From: a virus
Lineage: Duplodnaviria; Caudoviricetes
Virus record (IMG/VR): IMGVR_UViG_3300034341_000034
Coordinates: 1 to 30,773 of that record
DNA length: 30,773 bases
Strand: one strand, 5' to 3'
The notes below the pieces were generated by a model. It was not told the DNA's origin. It saw only the letters and a program-made list of their open reading frames with translations, and ran no database searches. Positions 1 to 8,905 of the stretch are shown here, piece by piece (within the stretch, counting starts at the first letter, position 1; each line of letters opens with the position of its first letter). The position numbers were made by a program, and so were the translations under genes.

Positions 1-281
1 GCCTTCCCGGCACCATCCGTGGCTTCCGTGTATATCAGTCCAACAACCTTCCTTATAAAGGTACAGGCGCTGGTACATCTGCCTCTGCAGGTTCTGCAAC
101 TAACTTTGGTGTTCTGGTCGCAGGCCATGATTCCTCAGTAGCTGTGGCTGACCAGATTGCGAAAACTGAGAGCTTCCGCTCACCAGATACATTCGCAGAC
201 ATCGTCCGGGGCATGCAGCTCTATGGCCGAAAAATCCTTCGCCCAGAAGGACTTATCACTGCAAACTACAACTTGGCCTAA
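1..281 (+). CDS. Major capsid protein, C-terminal fragment (5' end outside window)
   Basis: Open frame from nt 3 to TAA 279-281: LPGTIRGFRVYQSNNLP...AGHDSSVAVADQIAKTESFRSPDTFADIVRGMQLYGRKILRPE. This resembles podoviral capsid C-termini and lies directly before a strong hairpin and the tail tubular genes. Confidence 0.85.
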   Translation, partial: LPGTIRGFRVYQSNNLPYKGTGAGTSASAGSATNFGVLVAGHDSSVAVADQIAKTESFRSPDTFADIVRGMQLYGRKILRPEGLITANYNLA

Positions 282-290
282 TGGTTAAGC

Positions 291-325
291 GGGGGCAGGG
301 CAACTTGCCCCCAACACCCTTCTTT
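291..325 (+). terminator. GC-rich hairpin after capsid gene (probably leaky terminator or stability hairpin)
   Basis: GGGGGCAGG-GCAA-CTTGCCCCC (291-312): 9-bp stem with one G-U pair and a GNRA tetraloop. The U-tract is poor and displaced (AACACCCTTCTTT). Confidence 0.6.
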
Positions 326-336
326 AAGGATCATCC

Positions 337-1026
337 ATGCCTAGTACTTACCTAGATTTATGTAACACGGTGCTTCGCCGCCTAAACGAGGTCGAGATTG
401 CTGCGTCTGAGTTCGACACTGTTCGTGGTGTACAGGCTCTTGCAAAAGACAGCGTTAAGACTTCTGTTAGTAAGATCAATCAGGCTGAGTTTGAATGGCC
501 CTTTAACGCTGCAGAACATACACAGCTTCTGATCCAAGGACAGGAAGAGTATGTTTGGCCTGAATTTTTAAAGGTAGCGGATTGGAACAGCTTCCAAATC
601 CAGAAGAATACCGGTCTAAACACAGGCTTTAAAAAGCTAAAGCTAATTGATCGTGATGAATGGTACGCCCGTCATCGTGACAGCGACTACGATAGCGGAA
701 ATCAAGGTCGTGGCGTCCCTGACTATGTCTTTGCCAGCCATGGCAATGGTTTTGGTGTTTCTCCCTCCCCTGACGCAGCCTACAGCGTCCGTTTCCGCTA
801 TTATCTTAACTATGCTGATCTAACAGCATTCAACGATCAAACTCGTATTCCGACATCATTTGATAGCGTTGTGGTCGATGGAGCTTTGTACCACCTGTAC
901 ATGTTCAAGGATAATACTGAAGCGGCACAGGCTGCATTTATGAGCTTTGAAAACGGCATAAAAGATCTACAGACTTTGTACATCAATAACTATGAGTATG
1001 TGCGTGACACACGGGTGAATTTCTGA
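337..1026 (+). CDS. Tail tubular protein A / head-tail adaptor (T7 gp11-like)
   Basis: 229 aa; N-terminal TYLDLCNTVLRRLNE and WPFN motifs typical of adaptor proteins; SD AAGGA; position right after capsid. Confidence 0.75.
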   Translation: MPSTYLDLCNTVLRRLNEVEIAASEFDTVRGVQALAKDSVKTSVSKINQAEFEWPFNAAEHTQLLIQGQEEYVWPEFLKVADWNSFQIQKNTGLNTGFKKLKLIDRDEWYARHRDSDYDSGNQGRGVPDYVFASHGNGFGVSPSPDAAYSVRFRYYLNYADLTAFNDQTRIPTSFDSVVVDGALYHLYMFKDNTEAAQAAFMSFENGIKDLQTLYINNYEYVRDTRVNF

Positions 1027-2693
1027 TGCCCGACCAGATCGAAAGTTTTAAGGTCATATGTGCAGGCGGTCTGAACAGTAACGAAAATCACCTTGATTTA
1101 TCGGACAATGCTTCAGGTGCTGCTACACGTTTGATCAACTACGAGCCGTCATTATTTGGCGGCTATCGTCGTATCAACGGCTATAAAGAACTTGGTTATG
1201 TAGGTTCCGGTGGTCTAGGTGAAGTGGGTACGTCCGCTACATCTGAGGGGCCAGTTCTTGGATTGGCCATCTATCAGAACTCACAGTATAACAACCCATT
1301 TTATATCGCTGCCCGTGCAGATCTGGGTGGTGCTACATACAGCTTTTATAAGTATGTCCCGCTAGTTGGTTGGCAGGTCATCAATACAGGCGCTACACGC
1401 AATATGTCTGCGGGGCTGCGGTCAGTTAACCGTCTACGTCATGTGCAGTTTAACTATGGCGGCGGTGATGCAATCTGTTTTGTAGACGGTGTAAACCCTG
1501 CAATCGTATTTGATGGTAATACATGGTATGAAATCCTGACCGCAAATACTGGCGGTACAACAAGTCCCGGTGGTCCAATGGCCTTGGGCGCACCGTCCCT
1601 TGTAGACTTCTTCAAAAACACACTCTTCTTGGCAGGTGATCGTGGTTCTAAGCCGACAGTGGCGTATTCAGCACCTATTACCACAACAGACCCGCATGGT
1701 TACCTAAACTTCGGTGCGGCAATCGGTGGTCAGCTATCGGCAGGTTTTCCTGTAGTACAGATCAAGCCTTTCCGTGATAACCTTTTTATCTTTGGTTCTA
1801 ATGCGATAACCAAAGCGGCTGCAGACGTAGACAATGCATTTATTACTGACCCTGTTACAGCTAACGTGGGATGCGTTGCTACAGACAGTGTGTTGGAGAT
1901 CGGCGGGGACTTGATGTTCCTAGCACCTGATGGCTTCCGTCCTGTTGCAGGTACGTCTCGTATTGGTGACGTTGAGATTGAGTCCGTATCACGTAGTATC
2001 CAAGGTGCGCTTGTAGACATTATCGCCAACTATGATCTTGATACCTTATGCGGTGTCGTTATTCGCTCAAAGTCTCAAATCCGTTACTTTGTAGGTGCCG
2101 ATAACACAGAAAAAGTTGACGCTTACGGTCTGATTGGAGGTCTTACTGAAACAAACGGTAGCATTTCTTGGAATTTCGGTGAACTTATGGGTATCCGTGC
2201 CCACGTTGCTACATCAGATTATGTAGGTTCTAACGAAGTTATTCTGCACGGAGACTTCGATGGTAAAGTATATCAGCAGGAACAAGGTAACAGCTTTTCT
2301 GGGGATGATATCCTATCGGTATACGCCACACCGTACCTAGACTTTGGTGATACGGATATCCGCAAATTAATGCGCCAAGTTAACACCTTCGTTCGTGCAG
2401 AGGGTCCATTTGAACTAAGTTTATCGCTACGCTTTGATTGGGGCGATTATAATAATCCTAGCCCTTCGTCATACACCCAAGACAGTAGAGGTGGCCCTGT
2501 TGAGTTCGCCGGACGTAACATTGATTACGCAGGCTCAAACGTACTTTACGGGGGCAACTCAAAACCCATCATGTCCACTAATATCCAAGGTTCGGGCTTT
2601 TCTGTTCGTGCTGAGTTCGTATCGATTGGTCAATTTGACCCGTACTCAATTCAAGGCCTTGTTTTTGAATATTCCGTTTCAGGGAGACGATAA
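1026..2693 (+). CDS. Tail tubular protein B / nozzle (T7 gp12 or P22 gp10-like)
   Basis: 555 aa, beta-rich; GGLN near the N-terminus, GGYRRING, NVGCVA...GGDLMFLAPDG motifs; TGATG coupling to the adaptor gene. Confidence 0.75.
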   Translation: MPDQIESFKVICAGGLNSNENHLDLSDNASGAATRLINYEPSLFGGYRRINGYKELGYVGSGGLGEVGTSATSEGPVLGLAIYQNSQYNNPFYIAARADLGGATYSFYKYVPLVGWQVINTGATRNMSAGLRSVNRLRHVQFNYGGGDAICFVDGVNPAIVFDGNTWYEILTANTGGTTSPGGPMALGAPSLVDFFKNTLFLAGDRGSKPTVAYSAPITTTDPHGYLNFGAAIGGQLSAGFPVVQIKPFRDNLFIFGSNAITKAAADVDNAFITDPVTANVGCVATDSVLEIGGDLMFLAPDGFRPVAGTSRIGDVEIESVSRSIQGALVDIIANYDLDTLCGVVIRSKSQIRYFVGADNTEKVDAYGLIGGLTETNGSISWNFGELMGIRAHVATSDYVGSNEVILHGDFDGKVYQQEQGNSFSGDDILSVYATPYLDFGDTDIRKLMRQVNTFVRAEGPFELSLSLRFDWGDYNNPSPSSYTQDSRGGPVEFAGRNIDYAGSNVLYGGNSKPIMSTNIQGSGFSVRAEFVSIGQFDPYSIQGLVFEYSVSGRR

Positions 2694-4555
2694 TGGCAGG
2701 TTACACACGCCAATCAGCAGCGCAGATTTATAACGGTGCGGATATTACGGCACCGCCGCTGAATGCTGAATTTAATAAATTAGAAGATACCTTTGATGGC
2801 TCTACAGGCCACAGCCATAATGGGGCCACAGGCCAAGGACCAAAGATCAACCTTGCTACTTCTGTAAGCGGGTATCTTCCTCCTGAACATGGTGGTTCGG
2901 GCGGTAAGAATAATTTTACTGCTACATCTAACCCAACAACATCAAACGATTCCACAGAGGGTTATGCTGTAGGGTGTCTATGGGAAAACGTCACTTCTGG
3001 GCGTGTCTTTATATGTGTAGGTAATTTTAGCGGTTCTGCGGTCTGGCGTGAACTGGTGCAGGTTAATGGCACCGCACAGGCTATTATCCCAGAGACTAAC
3101 GATACTATTGATCTAGGCACACCAACAAACCGTTTTCAAGATTTGTGGCTATCTGGTGGGATTAGCGCACAAGGTAATGTATCTGTTGGTGGCACTACTG
3201 CTTTAACAGGCCTTTTGACCACTAACGGAGGAGCAAACCTAAACGGCCTAACTACACTGGCTCAGGTAGATGCTAACAGCGGTACTATCGACGGCACTGT
3301 AATCGGTGGCAACGCAGCCAGCCCAATCACTGGTACGACAATCACCTCTACAGGTGGTTTCACTGGTGATCTGGTAGGCGATGTAACTGGCGATATTACT
3401 TCTGCTAACACATCGACCTTCAACAACATCACAGCCAGCGGTACAACAACTGGTACGTTTGTAGGCGACCTCACAGGTGATATCACTTCTGCAGGACAGT
3501 CTACGTTTAACAACGTAACGATCTCCGGTACACTGAATATGGATGGGGCTACAACAGCTACTATCCAGAACCTGACTGAGCCTACAAACCCACAAGATGC
3601 TGCTACTAAGAACTATGTAGATACTGGCCTTGCGGACTTGGTTGCTGCGGCCCCCGCTGCATTGGATACGCTGAATGAACTGGCGGAGGCGCTGGGCGAC
3701 GATGCGAACTTCAGCACCACCATGACTAATGCTCTGGCGGGTAAGGTAGCAGATACTGGCGACACGATGACAGGCGATCTGATTATGTCAGGTGCTACTG
3801 TCACTGGTCTGCCTTTGCCCACTGCAGGTACGGAGGCCGCTTCTAAAGCTTATACCGACCAACAGGATGCTCTGCAGGTAACCCGTGCTGGCGATACTAT
3901 GTCTGGTTCGCTTGGTATGGGCGGCAACAAGATTACCAATATGGGAACCCCCACAGTTGGTACAGACGCAGCTACTAAGGCTTACACAGACGGTATTTTA
4001 GGGTCAGCTACCTCGGCAGCGGCAAGTGCAGCGGCTGCAGCTACATCTGAGGCAAATGCAGGTATTTCAGAGACTAATGCAGCTACTCATGCGGCTACTG
4101 CGACATCCGCAATCGCAACCAGCCAACAGTTTCTAGATACATACTTTGTATCTGCCACGCAGCCGACAGGTCCAAATGTAACATCAGGCGACCTTTGGTT
4201 TGACCAGACAAACAACCTGATGAAGGTTTATGGTGCCACCGGCTGGCAGAGTGCGGGTTCATCAGTGAACGGCACTGTAGAGAGACAGGACTATGGAGCT
4301 ACTGCAGGCCAGACAAGCTTCGCAGCGGTCTACGATACTGGCTACGTCGATGTGTATTTGAACGGTGTGAAACTAGCACCTTCCGACTTTACCGCAACAG
4401 ATGGAGCCAATGTGGTCTTGGCCTCTGCAGCGGCGGCTGGGGACACGGTTTCTATCGTGTCTTTCGGCACCTTTGAATTGGCAGACCACTACAACAAAAC
4501 AACAGTCGATGCTCTGATCGACGATGTGGAAACATTAGCATTGGCAGGTATATAA
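2693..4555 (+). CDS. Tail fibre protein
   Basis: 620 aa, Thr/Gly/Ala-rich; N-terminal MAGYTRQS...GHSHNG anchor; repeated DAATKxYxD stalk motifs; duplicated GDxTGDITSA..STFNNxT; GDLWFD and VDVYLNGVKL modules common in fibres. Confidence 0.8.
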   Translation: MAGYTRQSAAQIYNGADITAPPLNAEFNKLEDTFDGSTGHSHNGATGQGPKINLATSVSGYLPPEHGGSGGKNNFTATSNPTTSNDSTEGYAVGCLWENVTSGRVFICVGNFSGSAVWRELVQVNGTAQAIIPETNDTIDLGTPTNRFQDLWLSGGISAQGNVSVGGTTALTGLLTTNGGANLNGLTTLAQVDANSGTIDGTVIGGNAASPITGTTITSTGGFTGDLVGDVTGDITSANTSTFNNITASGTTTGTFVGDLTGDITSAGQSTFNNVTISGTLNMDGATTATIQNLTEPTNPQDAATKNYVDTGLADLVAAAPAALDTLNELAEALGDDANFSTTMTNALAGKVADTGDTMTGDLIMSGATVTGLPLPTAGTEAASKAYTDQQDALQVTRAGDTMSGSLGMGGNKITNMGTPTVGTDAATKAYTDGILGSATSAAASAAAAATSEANAGISETNAATHAATATSAIATSQQFLDTYFVSATQPTGPNVTSGDLWFDQTNNLMKVYGATGWQSAGSSVNGTVERQDYGATAGQTSFAAVYDTGYVDVYLNGVKLAPSDFTATDGANVVLASAAAAGDTVSIVSFGTFELADHYNKTTVDALIDDVETLALAGI

Positions 4556-4556
4556 T

Positions 4557-5396
4557 ATGGCTATTAACACTACTCAGATTGAGGCAAACCTCACAACTAA
4601 ACTTAACGCCACCACAGGCACCACGGAGGGTAAGGAGTTCTTGCTCTTAGGTAAGGCTGTAGAGGCTCTCACGCCCACTGTTACGGTCAACAGCGTGATT
4701 ACAGAGGGCACAACGCAAGTCGGATTAGTGAATACTGCGGGTACTACTCAGGTGGGCCTAGTCAATACAGAAGGCACTACCCAAGTAGCTGCCGTACAAG
4801 CGGCTGCGGCTGTCTATGCACCATTAGCTGACCCGACCTTCACAGGCACGGTCAACGCTGCGGCTCTTACGCTTTCAGGCAACCTCACGGTAAACGGTAC
4901 AACCACCACGGTGAACAGCACTACTCTTGATGTAGCAGACCTAAACATCACAATCGCTGATGGTGCGGCTGATGCGGCTGCGGCAAACGGTGCTGGTATC
5001 ACGGTAGACGGTGCGTCTGCTACGATGCTCTATACCTCTGCGACCGACACATGGGATTTTAACAAGGCTGTCACCGGGACGTACACGAACCTACACCCCG
5101 TTGTGAACACAAATACAACGGTCACGGGTGCTACAACCTTTGATATGAATAAGCCGATGCACCATTTCGACATGACAGGTGCGGCCTCGTTTACTGGCGT
5201 AAACATTGCGGCAGGTAAGACTGCAATGATGGTTCTGGACACCTCTGCAACGCCACACACACCCTCTTGGGGTAGCGATATCAAATGGCCCGAGGCAACA
5301 GAACCAGCGTGGGCCAACAGCCGCTACTGGATTGTATCGTTCACCTGCCTTGATGGCGCAATCATCTTGGCCTCGGCTTCTGGCTACACGGTTTAA
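4557..5396 (+). CDS. Tail fibre / fibre-associated structural protein
   Basis: 279 aa; 11-aa repeats (TxGTTQVGLVN); APLADPTFTG and GNLTVNGTTTTVNSTTLDVAD fibre motifs; C-terminal W..IKWP domain. Confidence 0.7.
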   Translation: MAINTTQIEANLTTKLNATTGTTEGKEFLLLGKAVEALTPTVTVNSVITEGTTQVGLVNTAGTTQVGLVNTEGTTQVAAVQAAAAVYAPLADPTFTGTVNAAALTLSGNLTVNGTTTTVNSTTLDVADLNITIADGAADAAAANGAGITVDGASATMLYTSATDTWDFNKAVTGTYTNLHPVVNTNTTVTGATTFDMNKPMHHFDMTGAASFTGVNIAAGKTAMMVLDTSATPHTPSWGSDIKWPEATEPAWANSRYWIVSFTCLDGAIILASASGYTV

Positions 5397-5411
5397 AGGG
5401 GGGGTAAGCAA

Positions 5412-6323
5412 ATGAGTTTACCTACAAACTTTTTTATTGGCCGTGCCTTGGGGGGCTATGATTTTACCACCCATACTTTTACTAACGCTGGCGCAACGGG
5501 TCGATTTGGCCCTACCCAATCGCAGCTAGACGCAGCATACGGATCTGAGTCTTGGTACTCTACTAACACGTTTAGCTCACAAGGTGGAATCCAGCTATGG
5601 ACTGTTCCTGCTAGCACAACCTTCAGGTTTCAAATTACAGGCGCTTATGGGGGCCGTGACAAAGAACCGGGCGCTCCGGCAAATATCACTGCTGATATCC
5701 CTCTGCCAAGAGGACAAATAATAAAAATCCTCGTAGGGCAGCGAGGGCTTCCAACTTACAAAGAAGGTAGTGCTGCTGGTGGCGGGGGTGGTACCTTTGT
5801 TACCTACTTCGACAACACTCCGATTTTGGTAGCTGGCGGCGGTGGGGGTGCGGACGGTGGCCCCCCTGGCGGTGACGCTTCCTTAACGACATCTGGTGGG
5901 CAGGACGGCGATTCTACTGTGGCTGCTAGTACCAACGGGGCAGGAGGTCTAGGTCAAAACGGTGCTGGTGGCGGAGGACTTACGGGCAATGGGGCCAGTA
6001 CTAGCTTTGTTATTGCCACCCCTCCAAATGTAACTAACCCCGAAGGCGGTACTTCCTTCACTAATGGAGGTACTGGTGGTCGAGGCTTCCACAAAGGCGG
6101 TTTCGGCGGTGGCGGTGGCTCTGCTGGTGCCAGCGACGGCGGCGGCGGCGGCGGCGGCTACTCTGGAGGCTGTGGCGGTAACGGTGGTGAAATTACGTAC
6201 GATACCGGCGGTGGTGGTAGTTTTGTAATTTCGACAGCTACAAACGTATCTAAAGTTCTAGCTGCCGCTGCTGTCCTAAATTCCACACCGGATGCTGGAT
6301 TCGTAACCATTACTCAGCTCTGA
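5412..6323 (+). CDS. Glycine-rich structural protein (polyglycine domain resembling the ALK/LTK-like glycine-rich domain)
   Basis: 303 aa; GIQLWTVP..T.F...GAYGG, ILVGQRG, GGGGGTFV...ILVAGGGGG, GGFGGGGG, GGGGGYSGG, GGGGSFV signature. Confidence 0.7.
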   Translation: MSLPTNFFIGRALGGYDFTTHTFTNAGATGRFGPTQSQLDAAYGSESWYSTNTFSSQGGIQLWTVPASTTFRFQITGAYGGRDKEPGAPANITADIPLPRGQIIKILVGQRGLPTYKEGSAAGGGGGTFVTYFDNTPILVAGGGGGADGGPPGGDASLTTSGGQDGDSTVAASTNGAGGLGQNGAGGGGLTGNGASTSFVIATPPNVTNPEGGTSFTNGGTGGRGFHKGGFGGGGGSAGASDGGGGGGGYSGGCGGNGGEITYDTGGGGSFVISTATNVSKVLAAAAVLNSTPDAGFVTITQL

Positions 6324-6350
6324 AGTAATAGCCTGTAAGGAACACACCCA

Positions 6351-8261
6351 ATGAGCAAAGCAAGAATACTAGCCGACCTGATTTCTGACAGTCAGATCAC
6401 GGCTTCCGAAATCACAGGCCTAGAGCTAAACGCAATCCAAGAAGGCGACACTATTGTCGAGGTATCGGATGACGGTAGCGGCGGTAAAGTAGTTGTCCGT
6501 GTGGATGGCGCTGACAATGCAGAGTTTAACGCTGGCGGGATTAAAGTCCCGTCAGGAACAACCGCACAGCGTGACCCAGCGGCTGTTGTAGGCTCTCTGC
6601 GATACAACACTACTACGGGCTTCTTCGAGACCTTCACAGGCGCTGGCTGGGGTGCTGTGGCTACTCCCCCTAGTATTATTGGGATCACACCTAGTAACTT
6701 CAGCGGCGAGGCTGGTGCTACTTTTACGGTCAATGGTGCGTTCTTTGATGCAGATACCACAGCGGTATTTAAAGGTGCTGACGGTACAGAGTACGCCGCT
6801 GCTACAGTTACTTTTGTTGACGGTACTCAGATTACACTTACCAACGCCACAAACCTTCCTGTATCTAATGAACCTTTTAGGGTTAGAGTTACTAACGGTG
6901 CTGGTCTATCTGTAGAAAGCATACAAGGCATTGATGCAGGTTCTGTACCAGCCTTCACAACAGCCGCAGGTTCTATTGCAAGTGCTACATGGACTGACCC
7001 AGTTTCGGTAACGGTAAACGCTACGGACGCTGAAAACACTATCTCAGGCTATGTGGTTACTGAAGGTAGTCTACCAGCGGGTCTTTCTTTAAACACCACC
7101 ACAGGTGCAATTACGGGCACTTCTACAGAACAGGCTACAACCACCTATACGTTTACTATCGGTGCTACAGATAGCGTAGGTAATACGAACACACGCCAGT
7201 TTAACATTCAGATTGTTAATGCTGCGCCTGTTTGGAATAGCCCTGCGGAGGGCGGCACTGAGGGATTAACCCTAAATGTGGCAGGTTCTGTTACCCTAGA
7301 TGCTACAGACCCAGAAGGCGAGGCTGTTAGCTACACTTCTGGTACGCTGCCTACAGGTCTTTCTTTAAGCGGAAATGTTATCTCTGGGACGCCTACCGTT
7401 GAGGCGAACACTAGCGTTGCAGTTACTGCTTCTGATGGGTTTGCGTCTAGTGTAAGAAACTTTTCTATCAATGTTGCAACACCTTTAACCATTTCGTTAG
7501 CTTACTCCCAAGGATTAAGCGGAATACAAGACCTCGTTATTAATGGCGTTACTAGACCTCTAAACTTTCAGACCTACAATAATAAAGGTTGGGTCGAGGT
7601 TATGTTTCTTGCGGATGTTGCGGATGGCCTTCAAACCACTACGGCATTTTATAACCAGCCGGGGACAGATTACCTTCTCAAGGAGGCCAATGTAGTAAAC
7701 GGCGGTCTTGATTACACCTCGGATCATTCATTTGTTGCCTTGGGTTCTGGCTTTTCAGGAACAGACATACTATTTACCAGCAAATCCTCTAAGACTTCTA
7801 GCTCTATTGTAGCTACTGGATATAATGAAAACGCTGCACTTCCGTTGGTAGCATCTTCAAACCTAATTAGTAATCTCGGCTCTAACGGAATTAATGCGGT
7901 TAAAGATAGGCTAACAGGCTACTTCACTGGTAGTACGGTAGGATTTTCGTCCCTTTATGGTAACGCCTCAAACCCCTCAACTAATGAGTATTCGGCATCT
8001 TGGGATAAGGGCGGCCTTGACTTTGGTATATTACTTCATTCCCGTGGTGGCGCACCGCAAACAGATCACTGGATGATTGCTTCTGGGCAAACAAGCGCTC
8101 CTTCTACTTATTCCCCAAACATAGGGTTTAGAGGTACTAGTTCTAGTGATTCCTATTACGGAAAGAATGTTGGTTCTTGGACTAGCTCTACGCTCCATAA
8201 AGCTACAGCCTCTGAGATTCGATCTACAAACGTATTTAGTGTTTGGATAACAGATATGTAA
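6351..8261 (+). CDS. Ig-domain virion protein / putative receptor-binding protein (IPT/TIG plus two He_PIG-like Ig repeats)
   Basis: 636 aa; VPSGTTAQR...GSLRYNTTTGFFE module; PSIIGITP...FTVNG (TIG-like); GSLPAGLSLNTTTGAITGT and GTLPTGLSLSGNVISGTP (He_PIG-like); distinct C-terminal domain. Confidence 0.7.
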   Translation: MSKARILADLISDSQITASEITGLELNAIQEGDTIVEVSDDGSGGKVVVRVDGADNAEFNAGGIKVPSGTTAQRDPAAVVGSLRYNTTTGFFETFTGAGWGAVATPPSIIGITPSNFSGEAGATFTVNGAFFDADTTAVFKGADGTEYAAATVTFVDGTQITLTNATNLPVSNEPFRVRVTNGAGLSVESIQGIDAGSVPAFTTAAGSIASATWTDPVSVTVNATDAENTISGYVVTEGSLPAGLSLNTTTGAITGTSTEQATTTYTFTIGATDSVGNTNTRQFNIQIVNAAPVWNSPAEGGTEGLTLNVAGSVTLDATDPEGEAVSYTSGTLPTGLSLSGNVISGTPTVEANTSVAVTASDGFASSVRNFSINVATPLTISLAYSQGLSGIQDLVINGVTRPLNFQTYNNKGWVEVMFLADVADGLQTTTAFYNQPGTDYLLKEANVVNGGLDYTSDHSFVALGSGFSGTDILFTSKSSKTSSSIVATGYNENAALPLVASSNLISNLGSNGINAVKDRLTGYFTGSTVGFSSLYGNASNPSTNEYSASWDKGGLDFGILLHSRGGAPQTDHWMIASGQTSAPSTYSPNIGFRGTSSSDSYYGKNVGSWTSSTLHKATASEIRSTNVFSVWITDM

Positions 8262-8320
8262 CCCATGCCACAAACCCAAGAAGGTCAGCACATATCCAAA
8301 AGTAACAACCAACTTAACCC

Positions 8321-8349
8321 TTGCTAATACACTAACTAAGTGCTAAAAT
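8321..8349 (+). promoter_or_regulatory. Sigma70-like promoter upstream of the GNAT / internal-virion / lysis block
   Basis: TTGCTA (8321-8326), 17 nt, TAAAAT (8344-8349), with an extended -10 TGn; lies in the only sizeable intergenic gap of the + arm. Confidence 0.6.
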
Positions 8350-8382
8350 CTTAAACAGTAAATCCCCACAGTTCAGGCACTT

Positions 8383-8901
8383 ATGACAGAAGAAACCCCA
8401 GAGTTTCGGACTGTCCGGCTAACCCCTCCCCATAATCGTATATCCATGCATGTTAGACCTCTAGAAGTAGCTGACCTCACTCAGGTGATGGAAATAGCGA
8501 AATGGCTTCATCAAAACTCCCGCTACAAAGTATTTACCTTCGACGAACAAAAAGTTCTGCGGTTAATTGCAGGTAGTTTGCTAGAGGATGCTCCCTTTTT
8601 TGTATCCGTGGCAGAAAAGGACGGAAAGATACTTGGGTACTTTCATGGGTACGTTGATTACCACTATTTCAGCGACATGAAGTACGCAGGAGATTGGGCG
8701 GTGTGTATTTTACCTAAATACAGGAAACACGCACCAAAGATTTTAAGACAATTTGTTTTAGCGTTTGAGCAGTGGGGTCGTGAAAACGGCGCAGAAGAAA
8801 TATCAATCGGGGCGTCTACTGAAGCCTACGGAACTGGATACAAAAAATTTCTACAACGTATGGGCTACAGGGATGTCGGTTTCCTAGCCGTGAAAGGATA
8901 A
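8383..8901 (+). CDS. GNAT-family acetyltransferase (T7 gp13-like position)
   Basis: 172 aa; VRPLEVADL, VAEKDGKILGYF, CILPKYR, WGRENGAEEI, KFLQRMGY GNAT motifs. Alternative start at 8446. Confidence 0.75.
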   Translation: MTEETPEFRTVRLTPPHNRISMHVRPLEVADLTQVMEIAKWLHQNSRYKVFTFDEQKVLRLIAGSLLEDAPFFVSVAEKDGKILGYFHGYVDYHYFSDMKYAGDWAVCILPKYRKHAPKILRQFVLAFEQWGRENGAEEISIGASTEAYGTGYKKFLQRMGYRDVGFLAVKG

Positions 8902-8905
8902 AACT

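Noticed and set aside
4701-4800. 33-nt-period repeats in the fibre gene as a diversity-generating or recombination cassette
   Set aside because: Synonymous positions are diverged, indicating an ordinary protein-level repeat, and no reverse transcriptase or invertase is in the window.
5391-5414. In-frame readthrough or slippage (TTTAAAG, G7) fusing the 279-aa and 303-aa genes
   Set aside because: TAA is a poor readthrough codon, the heptamer is out of frame for -1 slippage, and the G-run is explained as the downstream SD.
6138-6158. (GGC)7 microsatellite as a phase-variation switch
   Set aside because: It is an in-frame triplet within a polyglycine domain, so length change would not switch expression.
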